NCBI GenBank assembly: GCA_039000985.1
Contig: JAWBMD010000001.1
Coordinates: 32,001-96,000, forward strand
Source of the DNA: Candidatus Aenigmatarchaeota archaeon
GTDB taxonomy: Archaea > Aenigmatarchaeota > Aenigmatarchaeia > CG10238-14 > SpSt-28
Length of the DNA stretch: 64,000 nt
Reading direction: 5' to 3'
The notes beneath the pieces are model-generated. The model made no database searches. It worked only from the letters and a program-made list of their open reading frames with translations, and was not told the origin of the DNA. Made by a program: the position numbers and the translations under genes. This document shows, piece by piece, positions 41,064 to 51,221 of this stretch (position 1 is the stretch's first letter; each line of letters begins with the position of its first letter).

Positions 41064-41818
41064 TCTTTTTGCTTAGCTAATTTTTTTGTTAATCCAGCAA
41101 CTAATCCAAGTTCACTAGCTACTATCAAATTTTTTTCTCTAGCTATTTCTGACAAAGTTTGCAGTTCTCTTAATCTTAAAGCAGTTGGTACTTTTTCATA
41201 TAGTTTTGCTGCTTCAACCATTTTTTTAGATGCTTGATATTCCCCTTCTGCAATTATTATTCTTGCTCTTCTTTCCCTTTCAGCTTCAGCTTGTTTTGCC
41301 ATAGCTCTTAACATTTCCTCTGGCAAGATAACATCTCTTATTGTTACTGCCGTAACTTTTACTCCCCATCCATCTGTTACTTCATCTATTATTTTTTGCA
41401 GTTTTTTGTTTAGTTCTTCTCTATTTTGTAATAAGTAATCTAGCTCGACTTGACCCAAAACATCCCTTAAAGTAGTTTGAGCTATGAAGCTTGTAGCTAA
41501 AGAATAGTTTTCAACATTTATTACAGCCTTTGAGGGATTTTCAACTTTATAATAAACTATGGCATCAACATCTATTGTTATGTTATCTTTTGTTACTACT
41601 CTTTGTTTTGGTACATCTGCTACTGTTACTCTCAAATCAACTTTTACCATAGAATCTATTATTGGAATTATTACAAATATTCCCGGTCCTTTTATACCAG
41701 CATATCTTCCTAATCTAAATATAACTCCTCTTTCATATTCTCTTGTTATTTTTATTGCTGATGCCAATATCGGTAGCACTACAAAGATTATTATTGCTAC
41801 TATCAAAAGCAGAGCCAT
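41060..41818 (-). CDS. Stomatin/slipin (SPFH) protein
   Basis: [37 protein letters not shown]. Confidence 0.95.
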   Translation of the reverse strand: MALLLIVAIIIFVVLPILASAIKITREYERGVIFRLGRYAGIKGPGIFVIIPIIDSMVKVDLRVTVADVPKQRVVTKDNITIDVDAIVYYKVENPSKAVINVENYSLATSFIAQTTLRDVLGQVELDYLLQNREELNKKLQKIIDEVTDGWGVKVTAVTIRDVILPEEMLRAMAKQAEAERERRARIIIAEGEYQASKKMVEAAKLYEKVPTALRLRELQTLSEIAREKNLIVASELGLVAGLTKKLAKQKE

Positions 41819-42392
41819 AATATAATTTATCTAAAAAGTAATTTAGTATAACTATGCATTGAGAAGTGAAATATTCAATGTTTCCAAGCGAAATAAAGCC
41901 TTTGGCATGCTTTTTTAAAAATTTCTTTTTATCTTTTGGAATTCCTTCATGATCACCAAGCACAAACATAATATTTTTATTTTTAAACTCAAAACTTTCT
42001 AAATTATCACCTTTTTTATCAAGCACATAAATATCGAAATTTTCTTTTGAATTAGTTATAACATTTTCCAAGCTATTTTTTTCTATAAATATTCCTGGCA
42101 GTGCTTCCACTTTTTTTCCTTTTTTATATTTCCACAAAACAATTCTTAATAATTCCCCAACATCTTTTTTTGAAAATGGAGTTTTTTCATTTGGGATTAT
42201 TTCTATATGTTTTGGTGGATCTGGAGGTCCATTTAAAATTATATCCATTTTAACATCTTTTCTAATTTTATTTGAAAGGAAAAAAGAATGAATTATTGAA
42301 TGAGCAACTATATCCAATCTACCAGCTTTCATTAAATCTTTAAATTTGCTAGTTGTATATCCTCTATTTGAAAATAGAAGAAAATTTCTCAT
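41733..42392 (-). CDS. trmY: tRNA pseudouridine(54)-N1 methyltransferase TrmY (SPOUT)
   Basis: [29 protein letters not shown]. Confidence 0.88.
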   Translation of the reverse strand: MRNFLLFSNRGYTTSKFKDLMKAGRLDIVAHSIIHSFFLSNKIRKDVKMDIILNGPPDPPKHIEIIPNEKTPFSKKDVGELLRIVLWKYKKGKKVEALPGIFIEKNSLENVITNSKENFDIYVLDKKGDNLESFEFKNKNIMFVLGDHEGIPKDKKKFLKKHAKGFISLGNIEYFTSQCIVILNYFLDKLYYGSAFDSSNNNLCSATDIGISNKNNKRI

Positions 42393-43240
42393 ATTTCTGT
42401 TTCTGTAATTTTTAGAAAAGCCATGAAAAGTATGTTTGTTAAAGGAACTCCAATATATATGAGAAGTTTTGAAATTTCAACTATTGTGAATCCACCAATT
42501 TGCTTGCTAATTAAACTCATAATTGAAAGCAAAGAAACTATGAAAAGAGGTGAAGACAAAACTAACCCTATATATATTTCCGCAACCGTGCTCAATCTTT
42601 GAATATATCTTTGTCTTTTTCCCCTCCATTCCACCAATGTCCTTTCAGATATATATTCAAGATATGATTTCAAATCACCCCCAGCTATTGTTGTACTTGC
42701 TATTCCATTTAATAATTCACCCATTCTTTTAGATGGGCTTTTAGAAGCAACATCCCTCAATGCTAAAACAAAATTCATACCAAAACTTTCCATATTAAGA
42801 ACGACTCTTTCAAATTCTTTTCCAACTTCTCCATACTCTTTAAATCTAGAAAGTATTTTGAATGCAAGATATGGTGGTATTCCACTTCTTACTATCGATG
42901 ATAAATGAATTATTACATATGGTAAAATGCTTTCAATTTGAGTATTTCTTGAATATGCTTTATTTATTGGATAAAATATTCCGATTAAAAATGTTGAAGT
43001 GGCTGCAATTATTGGTAAAAATATATTTAAAAATAGCAAAATCAATTGAGATTTAATAAAATATGGTAAAATTGTTGTTGAAACGAAAATAGACGATATA
43101 AATACTATTGCTGTTAAAGAAAGTATTATCGAAATATATGTAACCAAATTAATTTTCATGTTCGCTTTATTCATATAATCTCTTAAAAAGCTTAGAAATG
43201 ATTCAAGTTTTTCTGCAATTGGTAAAAGTAGTTTTCTCAC
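42389..43240 (-). CDS. Pilus platform membrane protein (TadC/FlaJ/T2SF)
   Basis: YGEVGKEF, SPS, GGDLKSYL, AEIY; TM segments. Confidence 0.87.
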   Translation of the reverse strand: MRKLLLPIAEKLESFLSFLRDYMNKANMKINLVTYISIILSLTAIVFISSIFVSTTILPYFIKSQLILLFLNIFLPIIAATSTFLIGIFYPINKAYSRNTQIESILPYVIIHLSSIVRSGIPPYLAFKILSRFKEYGEVGKEFERVVLNMESFGMNFVLALRDVASKSPSKRMGELLNGIASTTIAGGDLKSYLEYISERTLVEWRGKRQRYIQRLSTVAEIYIGLVLSSPLFIVSLLSIMSLISKQIGGFTIVEISKLLIYIGVPLTNILFMAFLKITETEI

Positions 43241-44889
43241 TTTTCTAAAATATCTTTAAAAATGCTCCAAATGCTTTTAAATTTCTTTTCTGGAAGTATT
43301 TTTTTAACTTCTATTTCAATCGCTTTTTTATAATAACTTTTGATTAAAGAATAAAAAGAAACATAATCTATTTTTCCCTCCAATTTCCATTTTCTTAGTA
43401 AATTTATTCTTTTTTCATATTCTTTGTTTAGTACTTCTTCTGGAATACCTGTATTGGCAGCTATCCTTTTTAACCAAATAGAGTTTTCTACTTTTTCAAA
43501 AGAATCTGTTGCAGGATCCCACCTAAATACAACATTTGAGTTTATTTCTCCACTTCTTGGGTCTACACTAACTATTTCTATTACCTCTTTTACTCTTCTT
43601 GCAGTTGCTCCCTTCTCTTTTGCATGACTCATAACAATAACAACTCCAAGACTTTCCATTAATGTTGGTGATAAATTTATTGGTGGTGATGTTAATCTTT
43701 TTGATAAAGTTTCTAATGATGTTGCATGGAATGTAGATAGGGAAGAGTGTCCAGACGCCATTGCTTGAAACATAACATAAGTTTCCTCTCCTCTAGTTTC
43801 ACCAACTATTAAATAATCTGGGTTCATTCTAAAGCTTTCTCTAAGTAATTGGAATAAACTAACCTCTCCATATTTTTCTCCAGATGCTCCTGGCAAGCCA
43901 AAACCACTTCTAGCTAATGATGGAACCCAATGTTCATGTAAAAGATTTATTTCTCTCGTATCTTCTATTGAAACTATTTTTGCTTCAGGAGGAATAAACA
44001 TTGAAATTGCATTTAAAAACGATGTTTTTCCACTACCAGTTCCTCCTATTATAATCATTGGTACTTTATATTGAACTAACAACCAAAGATATGCAAATAC
44101 TTCTTCAGAGCAAGTATTGTTTTGAGCCAATTCTAATGGAGAAAATGGTACTTCTCTAAACTTTCTTATTGTAAATGAAGCACCCTTTGTTGTTACATCT
44201 TCACTTAATGATAAAGCTATTCTACTTCCATCTGGTAATGTAGCATCTAACAAAGGCTCTGCATAGCTAATATATTTACCAGATCTCTGAGCCATTTTTA
44301 TTACAAGATCTTTTAAATAACTCCCATCTTTAAAAACAATGTTTGTTCTTAGCGAGCCAAAAACTTTATGTATTACATAAACTGGTACATTAATACCATC
44401 ACAACTAATATCTTCAATAAATGGGTCTTCCATTAATGGTTGTATTTCGTTTAATCCCAAAAAATCTCTATAAAAAAAGTACATGAATTTTAAAAATTGT
44501 GCTGGTTTAATTTTTATGTTTAAATCTTTTATTATTTTTTTAACAGTGGCTTCTAATTCAGAAATAGCTTTTTCCGGATTTTCTATAACAAAAATTTCTT
44601 CCAAGTTTTTTCTAATTTTTTGGAATAAAGGTTTTTCATCTTCTTTTATTTCCGGCTCTATTAAATTATAAATTACTATTTTTTCATTTTCATCATATTT
44701 TATATTTACATAGGCAAATGGTTCTATTAGTGGATATGTTATATCTGTCTTTTTTATATCATCTGGTCTTCTTATTTCTTTTATTTTTGCTAAGCTTTCT
44801 TTAGATATTAAAAATACTGGTAGCTCTTTTATTTCATCAGCTTTTAAATGTTCTTTAATTTTTCTATAAAGTAATCCTCTCAGCTTCAT
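43237..44889 (-). CDS. Type IV pilus/secretion ATPase (FlaI/GspE-like)
   Basis: IEDISCDG, LPDGSR, FTIRKF, GGTGSGKTS, PDYLIVGETRG, GHSSLSTFHA. Confidence 0.93.
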   Translation of the reverse strand: MKLRGLLYRKIKEHLKADEIKELPVFLISKESLAKIKEIRRPDDIKKTDITYPLIEPFAYVNIKYDENEKIVIYNLIEPEIKEDEKPLFQKIRKNLEEIFVIENPEKAISELEATVKKIIKDLNIKIKPAQFLKFMYFFYRDFLGLNEIQPLMEDPFIEDISCDGINVPVYVIHKVFGSLRTNIVFKDGSYLKDLVIKMAQRSGKYISYAEPLLDATLPDGSRIALSLSEDVTTKGASFTIRKFREVPFSPLELAQNNTCSEEVFAYLWLLVQYKVPMIIIGGTGSGKTSFLNAISMFIPPEAKIVSIEDTREINLLHEHWVPSLARSGFGLPGASGEKYGEVSLFQLLRESFRMNPDYLIVGETRGEETYVMFQAMASGHSSLSTFHATSLETLSKRLTSPPINLSPTLMESLGVVIVMSHAKEKGATARRVKEVIEIVSVDPRSGEINSNVVFRWDPATDSFEKVENSIWLKRIAANTGIPEEVLNKEYEKRINLLRKWKLEGKIDYVSFYSLIKSYYKKAIEIEVKKILPEKKFKSIWSIFKDILEK

Positions 44890-45940
44890 TTAACTTAATT
44901 ATTCTTTCTCCACTCATTCCAAATTTCATATAATCAGCACCTATACCAAAAGCTAAATGTGTTAAAAAGTTATCATCTGTTTCATTAGATCTATGTGATA
45001 CAACAATTTTTAACTTTCTTTTCTTTGCTTCTTTAACAAATTCTATTGTTTCAGAAATTAGACCAACTTGACTTGGTTTTACTATTACTGCATTTGTAAC
45101 CGTTTTTTCTATCAAAATTTCTTTGTTTGTAGAATATAAGTCATCTCCACAAACAATAACTTTTTTTCCAAATTTTTTTGTTAATGCTTTAAAATTTTCA
45201 AAATCGTTTTCATGAAATGGATCTTCAACATATTTTATGTTAAATTTTTTAATTAAATCTGAAACAAAATTCAATTGCTCATTTTCATTTATTATTAAAC
45301 CATTGAAATCATAATATTTTTCTTTAAATGCGCTCGATGAAGCGAAATCTATTCCAATAGTTAAATTTAAATTTTTCATTATTTCAAGAATTTTTTCATA
45401 GCTTAAAGAAGTTAACCAAGCTGATTCTAAATTTTTTTGGAAATTGAATGAGCTATCGTTTTCTTTTATTAAATTACCAAGCTCTCTAAATTTTTTTGCC
45501 AATTTGAAAATATTTTTATCAATTGCTAAAAATTCTTGAAAATTGCTTCCTCCATGTTTTAATCCACCAACAAAATTCGCTAAATATTTTGGTTTTTTAA
45601 CTTTTTGTCTTGATATTATGCTTATGTATTTAAAAAGTTTCAAATTTTCTTTTTTTGCAAAATATTTTGTAAATGTTGTTGAAATTGCTAGCGATAAATT
45701 ATTTTTTCCTATTTTTCTTTTCAAGAATTCATCAACTTCATAAATATTATCAAATTTTTGTTTTTTTAAATTGTTTTTTATTTTATTAAATAATTTTGCA
45801 CATTCCTCAAAGCTTAAAAAAGCAGCTTCTTTTTCAGATTTAGATGTTCCAACTGGTGAAGAAGAGTAAACATCATTAATGAAAAATTCAACTGTTTCTA
45901 TTGCTGAGGTTGTTAAAACCCTTCTTATACCAATCTCCAT
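44864..45940 (-). CDS. eno: Enolase (divergent, compact)
   Basis: G.S....EA, GG.KH...FQEF, VEDPFHEND, GDDL, VKPSQVG, VSHRSNET. Confidence 0.88.
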   Translation of the reverse strand: MEIGIRRVLTTSAIETVEFFINDVYSSSPVGTSKSEKEAAFLSFEECAKLFNKIKNNLKKQKFDNIYEVDEFLKRKIGKNNLSLAISTTFTKYFAKKENLKLFKYISIISRQKVKKPKYLANFVGGLKHGGSNFQEFLAIDKNIFKLAKKFRELGNLIKENDSSFNFQKNLESAWLTSLSYEKILEIMKNLNLTIGIDFASSSAFKEKYYDFNGLIINENEQLNFVSDLIKKFNIKYVEDPFHENDFENFKALTKKFGKKVIVCGDDLYSTNKEILIEKTVTNAVIVKPSQVGLISETIEFVKEAKKRKLKIVVSHRSNETDDNFLTHLAFGIGADYMKFGMSGERIIKLNEAERITL

Positions 45941-47091
45941 ATTTGCTTTGGATAAATAATTGTTTTTGTTTTTAATAATGAAACTTCATCAAATTTTTTT
46001 GTCTCACCAACTTTTTTTGTTCCATATATAAGTATTGGTACATCTGAAAATATGTGTTTACCAGTAGAGCAAGATGTTGAATGATCACATGTTATTACTA
46101 TTTTTAAATTTTCATTTATTAGCTTACTCAAATTTTTATCAAATAATTCTATAAAATGCTTTTTCAATTCAAAATTTTTATCATGGGAAGCTTCATCAAA
46201 AGCTTTTAAATGAGCAAAAATTAATTTGTATTTAAACAAATTTTCCTCTATTTTTTCAAAAACAAATTCCATTGTTTTTTCATGGTCTATTTTATAATTT
46301 TTTGTTATTTCCGGGATTGTTAAAATTTTGAAGCCAGCTAAAATACAACAACCTTTTACTACACCATTTTCAACTATTGCTAATGAATTATCAAACCTTT
46401 TTTTTAATTTTGGCAAATAGTTTTCTCCATCTCTAAACATTATATAATTTGCTTTTTTTATTCCATTTTTCTCCCTTTCAACATTAAAACTACTTTTTTC
46501 AAGCAACGGAAATGATTCATTTACAAAATCTTGTAAAACTTTTGCAGTTAGAACAGAGTTTCTATCTAATGGTAAAATTCTTTTTATTTTTTCCCCAACA
46601 TTTACATCATTAAATGAAATATTTTTGCTGTGATTTCCTTTTAATAAAAAAGCTATTCTATGACCATAACCTCTTTTTGCTTGATAGCTAAACTTTATGT
46701 TTATATTTTCGCAAACTTCATTTAAAAGCTCATCCAATTTAAACAAATTTCTACCAGCTCTTCTATCAATCATTATACCATTTTCAACAGTAGAAAAATT
46801 TCCTCTAATAGCTAAGTTACCATTTTCAAAATACATATCATTTCCAATAACTTCTAAAGCTCCTCTTCCAATATTTTCTTCATATCCAAGAATTCTTAAC
46901 ATGGCTAAATGCGAAGCACTTTTCTCTAGATTTTCATTCCATTCCTTAAAAATTCTTAGCTTTGCAATAAAAGATTTTTTTGATATGTAGTTTATGTTTT
47001 CTTTTTCAGCTTCTTTTAGAGGAGTAGTGTTATTAATTATTTCATCAGACAAACCATCTAGCAAAAAGAAAACAATGCATTTTTTTCTCAT
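45925..47091 (-). CDS. apgM: Cofactor-independent phosphoglycerate mutase (archaeal ApgM type)
   Basis: LDGLSD, TPL..A, GRGALE, RGNFST, DRRAGR, DEASH, TCDHST. Confidence 0.88.
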   Translation of the reverse strand: MRKKCIVFFLLDGLSDEIINNTTPLKEAEKENINYISKKSFIAKLRIFKEWNENLEKSASHLAMLRILGYEENIGRGALEVIGNDMYFENGNLAIRGNFSTVENGIMIDRRAGRNLFKLDELLNEVCENINIKFSYQAKRGYGHRIAFLLKGNHSKNISFNDVNVGEKIKRILPLDRNSVLTAKVLQDFVNESFPLLEKSSFNVEREKNGIKKANYIMFRDGENYLPKLKKRFDNSLAIVENGVVKGCCILAGFKILTIPEITKNYKIDHEKTMEFVFEKIEENLFKYKLIFAHLKAFDEASHDKNFELKKHFIELFDKNLSKLINENLKIVITCDHSTSCSTGKHIFSDVPILIYGTKKVGETKKFDEVSLLKTKTIIYPKQIWRLV

Positions 47092-47121
47092 AAATAAATA
47101 TTTAAACCTCGAAATAAATTT

Positions 47122-47706
47122 ATGAATAGTATAAAAATGCTTGTTTTGGGCATAGTTATAGGATTTTTATTGTTTTTCTTGATAAACTTATTAAATGAAA
47201 ACATTACCATTAAAAAAACAAGTAAAATGTTAGTAGAATTTTATGAATTAATATTTCCAAATTTGAAATTTTCCGTGGAAAATGTTAAAAAAGAGAATGG
47301 AATGTTTAAGTTTTTATTAAAAGGTAGTGATGGTAGTTATAGGGAAGTTTTTGTTAGTTTAGGCGGTAATTATCTTTCTGGAGCAGTAATATCTTTAAAG
47401 GAAAGTGTTACACAAATTCAAAAACTGAAAAATTTTGTTGATTGTTTATATTCAAAAGGTTTAAGAATATTTGGTATGCTTCAAAGCAACAATACTGCAA
47501 TTAATCAGGCAACATCACTTCAATTAAATTTGCTTGGGATGTATTCCTCTAAGCTATATGTTAGTTGTGATGGAGAAGCTTTGCAATCTTGCTTATCAAT
47601 TGGTTTAAGAGCATTGCCAGCTATTGTTTATGAAAATAAAAGTTATGAAGGCGTTGTATTTTCCATAGATAATTTTTCTACTATAACTGGATGCAAGTTA
47701 GATTAA
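47122..47706 (+). CDS. Membrane-anchored hypothetical protein, possibly with a thioredoxin-like C-terminal domain
   Basis: N-terminal TM; FVDCL..KG, YVSC...C...G..ALP, TGC pattern. Confidence 0.55.
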   Translation: MNSIKMLVLGIVIGFLLFFLINLLNENITIKKTSKMLVEFYELIFPNLKFSVENVKKENGMFKFLLKGSDGSYREVFVSLGGNYLSGAVISLKESVTQIQKLKNFVDCLYSKGLRIFGMLQSNNTAINQATSLQLNLLGMYSSKLYVSCDGEALQSCLSIGLRALPAIVYENKSYEGVVFSIDNFSTITGCKLD

Positions 47707-49469
47707 TTTTTTTATTATTTTTAATTTTTCCTCTTGCTTTTTCTTTTGATTGTACTTTGAGAACTGGTAATTGTAATTCTAATGAAGTTTGTATTTTAAG
47801 AATGTTTGAAAGAAATAATTCGCATGCCGCTTCTTGTGACTATACTTCATACAATTATGTTATATGTTGTGATACTATAAAGTTTTCATCTGTAAAGCAA
47901 AGTTGCTTAAATGATGAAGGTGGAATACTTTCATTAGCTAAGCTAAATGATTCGCATGTTGAAAAATATAATTATTCAAACTATCCATATCATGTTTGTG
48001 CAAAATTTGATATAGGCTCTCCAGTAACAACTTATATAAGAGAAAATGGTTGTTTTCCTAATGAAACAATTGTTGCAAGCATTCATGATTTAACTAATTC
48101 CCATATTGCAGAACCTAACTATTATAATAAAAAAGTTTGCATAAGCAAATATAGTGATTTATTATTAAACCAATCATCTATTGAGTTAAATGATAGTTAT
48201 ATTGTTGTTGGTGAAGCTGTTAACATAACCATAAAAGTTTTTAATGTTGGTGATGTTTATTCCTATGATGTTAAAGTTAAATGCTATGATAATTCTACTT
48301 TTTTTGGAGAATATACTATTCCATCTATAGCTCCAAATAGTTATGGTTTGGCTTATTGTTTGTGGAATTCTGTTTGCAATATACAGCACAATTTAACTTT
48401 TGTTGTTGATGAAAATAATGAAATTTTTGAATATAATGAAACAAACAATAATTTTACTCAAAGTGTTAATTTAATAGAAAAGCTTTTCATAAAAATAGAT
48501 AGTCCAGCAAATAATTCAATAATTTATAGAAATAAAACTGTAAGCTTAAATTCAACTGTTCATGCTTCTTGTAATCCTGTTTCTAACTATAATGTTTATT
48601 GGTATAATGATAGTTATTTAATAGGAATTGGAGAGGATATTAATTGGAAGGTTCCATTAGATGATAATGTTCTTGGTATTAGAAATATAACTGCTTTTGT
48701 AAATAAAACTGGTTTAGTTGAAAATAGTGATAGCATATTTGTAACTATTTCAAATAATATTCCATTAGTTGATACAGAAATTTCTAAAGATGAAGTTGAA
48801 GTTGGTGATAGTTTAAGAGTTTATTGTAGTGTTAAAGATGAAGAAGATAGTGTAGATTTTTTGAAAGTTAATGTTTCTATTTTAAATTCAAATGATGAAT
48901 GGATTAATTCAACTGCAACAAAATTAACTGGCAATATATTTTATAAAGATTTTTCCATTCCTTTCAATGCTCCATTAGGAATATATAAAGCATATTGTGT
49001 TGTTTTAGATACAGATAATGGTTATAATGAAACTTTTAAAAGTTTTGTTGTTTATCAAAATGTTTCAATAATAATTTCATTGAATAAAAAAACATTTTGG
49101 TGGAATGAAAGTATTGTTAGCAGTTTAAAAATTGTTAGAAGGAATGGAAGCAATGTTGTTAATGGTTATGTAAATATTAGCTTAGATAAAGAGAAGAAAT
49201 GCGAAGGTTATACTAATAATGAAGGGAAATTTAGCTGCACATTTCTTGCTCCTTTAAGAATTGGATTGTTTAATTTAGATGTTGTTGTTCAAGATCCATT
49301 ATCAACAAAGTATTTTTTCAATTCTACAATCATAGAAATTAAGTTGAGCATCGGTGAAGATATAGAGAAAGCTAAAATTGTTAGTTGTCATGAAGAACCA
49401 AGGTTAATAATAAATCCAGATGGGACTATACAGCTAGTAAAAGTTAAGGTTTGTGTTGTTAGGAAGTAA
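47691..49469 (+). CDS. Secreted CARDB/Ig-like surface glycoprotein
   Basis: Signal peptide; VFNVG...VVDENNEIFEYNETNN CARDB motif; many N-x-S/T sequons. Confidence 0.78.
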   Translation: MQVRLIFLLFLIFPLAFSFDCTLRTGNCNSNEVCILRMFERNNSHAASCDYTSYNYVICCDTIKFSSVKQSCLNDEGGILSLAKLNDSHVEKYNYSNYPYHVCAKFDIGSPVTTYIRENGCFPNETIVASIHDLTNSHIAEPNYYNKKVCISKYSDLLLNQSSIELNDSYIVVGEAVNITIKVFNVGDVYSYDVKVKCYDNSTFFGEYTIPSIAPNSYGLAYCLWNSVCNIQHNLTFVVDENNEIFEYNETNNNFTQSVNLIEKLFIKIDSPANNSIIYRNKTVSLNSTVHASCNPVSNYNVYWYNDSYLIGIGEDINWKVPLDDNVLGIRNITAFVNKTGLVENSDSIFVTISNNIPLVDTEISKDEVEVGDSLRVYCSVKDEEDSVDFLKVNVSILNSNDEWINSTATKLTGNIFYKDFSIPFNAPLGIYKAYCVVLDTDNGYNETFKSFVVYQNVSIIISLNKKTFWWNESIVSSLKIVRRNGSNVVNGYVNISLDKEKKCEGYTNNEGKFSCTFLAPLRIGLFNLDVVVQDPLSTKYFFNSTIIEIKLSIGEDIEKAKIVSCHEEPRLIINPDGTIQLVKVKVCVVRK

Positions 49470-51221
49470 TTATTTAAGATTGACTTCTAAAATAGATTTT
49501 CTTGTTGTTGTATTAAAGCCAATTTTTTTAATTTCTATTTCATAATTTCCCTTTCCAATTCTTGTTGTTTTAACAATTTCTGCTTTTTCTAATGGAAGTG
49601 TTAGTTTTATTGATTTGCTTTTCGTTAATACTCTTATATTATCAAATGTTGAAAAATCTTTTGGTGAAGAGAGAAATATGCTTGCATTTTGAATTTTATT
49701 TTTAAAACTTTCCTCCCCATATTTTTCTTTTATTAGTTTTAAACCTTCTTCATACAAAATTTTAATTTCTTCTTCACTTAAAGCTCTATTATAAATTCTA
49801 ACCTCATCTATTAAGCCATTAAAATATTGAGTACTATTAGCTCCTAATCTTCCTATTGCTACTCTATTTTCATTTGTATAATCTACTGTTTGTGTAGTTG
49901 ATTTCGAATTATCCAAAACCCCATCTATATATATTCTTAAGCTTCCGCCATCAAAAACTGCAATTATATGATACCAATTATTAATTTGTAAGATTGAATT
50001 TGAGTTTATAGAATCATAAGTTCCATCAGATTTTGCTATCCAAAACTTTACTCCATTCGAACTAAATCCAAAACTATATCCTCTTCTCGGCATTTCGTAC
50101 CAATTCGCAATTACTATAGATTCTGAAGGGAATGATAAAGGTTTAACCCAAGCTTCTAAGGAAAATTTAGGAATGTTTAAACTTTCTCTATAACCAAAAT
50201 AAACATAATCATCAACTTCATCAAATCTTAAGGCTTTACCAAACTTTCCATCAACCCATTCAATTTCTTGCAAATACTTTAAAGTGCTTTTAGTAATGTT
50301 AGTCACATTTCCCTCATAAGTAATAGAATTTAAAGCTCCTGCTGTGAAATTTTCTTTTAAAATATTATAAAAAGTATAGCTTGCTTGAGAAGTTTCTCCA
50401 TCATCATTAAAGCTTCCTATGTAATTTCCATTAACAAAAACTCTAATAGTATTGTAAGTCAAATCTGCAGTATTATTTATGTAATTTACAGTTAGATTGA
50501 TATCACTTAAAATTGCTTTGCTTGGTAAATAAAAAGAATGAGTTAAATTAATAGGTGAGCTACCAGTTAATTGTAAAATAGCTGAATTATATTGAGTATG
50601 TGGATTATAACCATAATATGTTCCATTATTTAAATTTCCACTATAATCATAAACTATTGTTCCATTTCCTTCATCAAACTTTAACCAAAGAACTAAGCTT
50701 TCAGGGTTTGTTATAAAAGTTCCTATACCTTCTTTACTAACATAACCTAACAATGTAGGACTTGTTAAATTTTTATTTAAATTGAAAAAAGCACTACCTT
50801 TTACTTTAAAAGCATTATTTTCAATATTACAAACTCCTTTACAAATCCAGCTTTTATTGGTATTGAAAAAATCTTCAAATATTACATTTCCGCTATCTAA
50901 AAAAATATTCCCAACACTTCCTTTTAATTCCATATCAGATTTTCTTTTATATTCATAGCTTATTGTTTGTGTTTCTCTATCAAAAATTATTTCTCCATCA
51001 CTAATTGAAATAAAGAAAGTTCTTTTTGAGCCAATTGCTTCACTACTAACATCATTTATTATGGAGCTCAAAAGATTCAAATTGTTTATTCCTTCTTGAA
51101 TATTTGAAGAATCTGTTATTCTATCAATAGATGGCTTTATAGCTGTTAATGTTATTGTTATTGAAAATATTACAAGCAAAAAAACAAGCAAAGTAGAAAC
51201 TATTGGTGAAACTCCTTTCAT
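49470..51221 (-). CDS. Pilin-like protein with a LamG/concanavalin-like domain (start refined to ATG 51221)
   Basis: MKG/VSPIVSTLLVFLL class III signal; WLKFDEG.G...YDYSG, WYHI, FNGLIDEVRIYNRALS. The ATG overlaps the upstream stop (ATGA). Confidence 0.85.
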   Translation of the reverse strand: MKGVSPIVSTLLVFLLVIFSITITLTAIKPSIDRITDSSNIQEGINNLNLLSSIINDVSSEAIGSKRTFFISISDGEIIFDRETQTISYEYKRKSDMELKGSVGNIFLDSGNVIFEDFFNTNKSWICKGVCNIENNAFKVKGSAFFNLNKNLTSPTLLGYVSKEGIGTFITNPESLVLWLKFDEGNGTIVYDYSGNLNNGTYYGYNPHTQYNSAILQLTGSSPINLTHSFYLPSKAILSDINLTVNYINNTADLTYNTIRVFVNGNYIGSFNDDGETSQASYTFYNILKENFTAGALNSITYEGNVTNITKSTLKYLQEIEWVDGKFGKALRFDEVDDYVYFGYRESLNIPKFSLEAWVKPLSFPSESIVIANWYEMPRRGYSFGFSSNGVKFWIAKSDGTYDSINSNSILQINNWYHIIAVFDGGSLRIYIDGVLDNSKSTTQTVDYTNENRVAIGRLGANSTQYFNGLIDEVRIYNRALSEEEIKILYEEGLKLIKEKYGEESFKNKIQNASIFLSSPKDFSTFDNIRVLTKSKSIKLTLPLEKAEIVKTTRIGKGNYEIEIKKIGFNTTTRKSILEVNLK

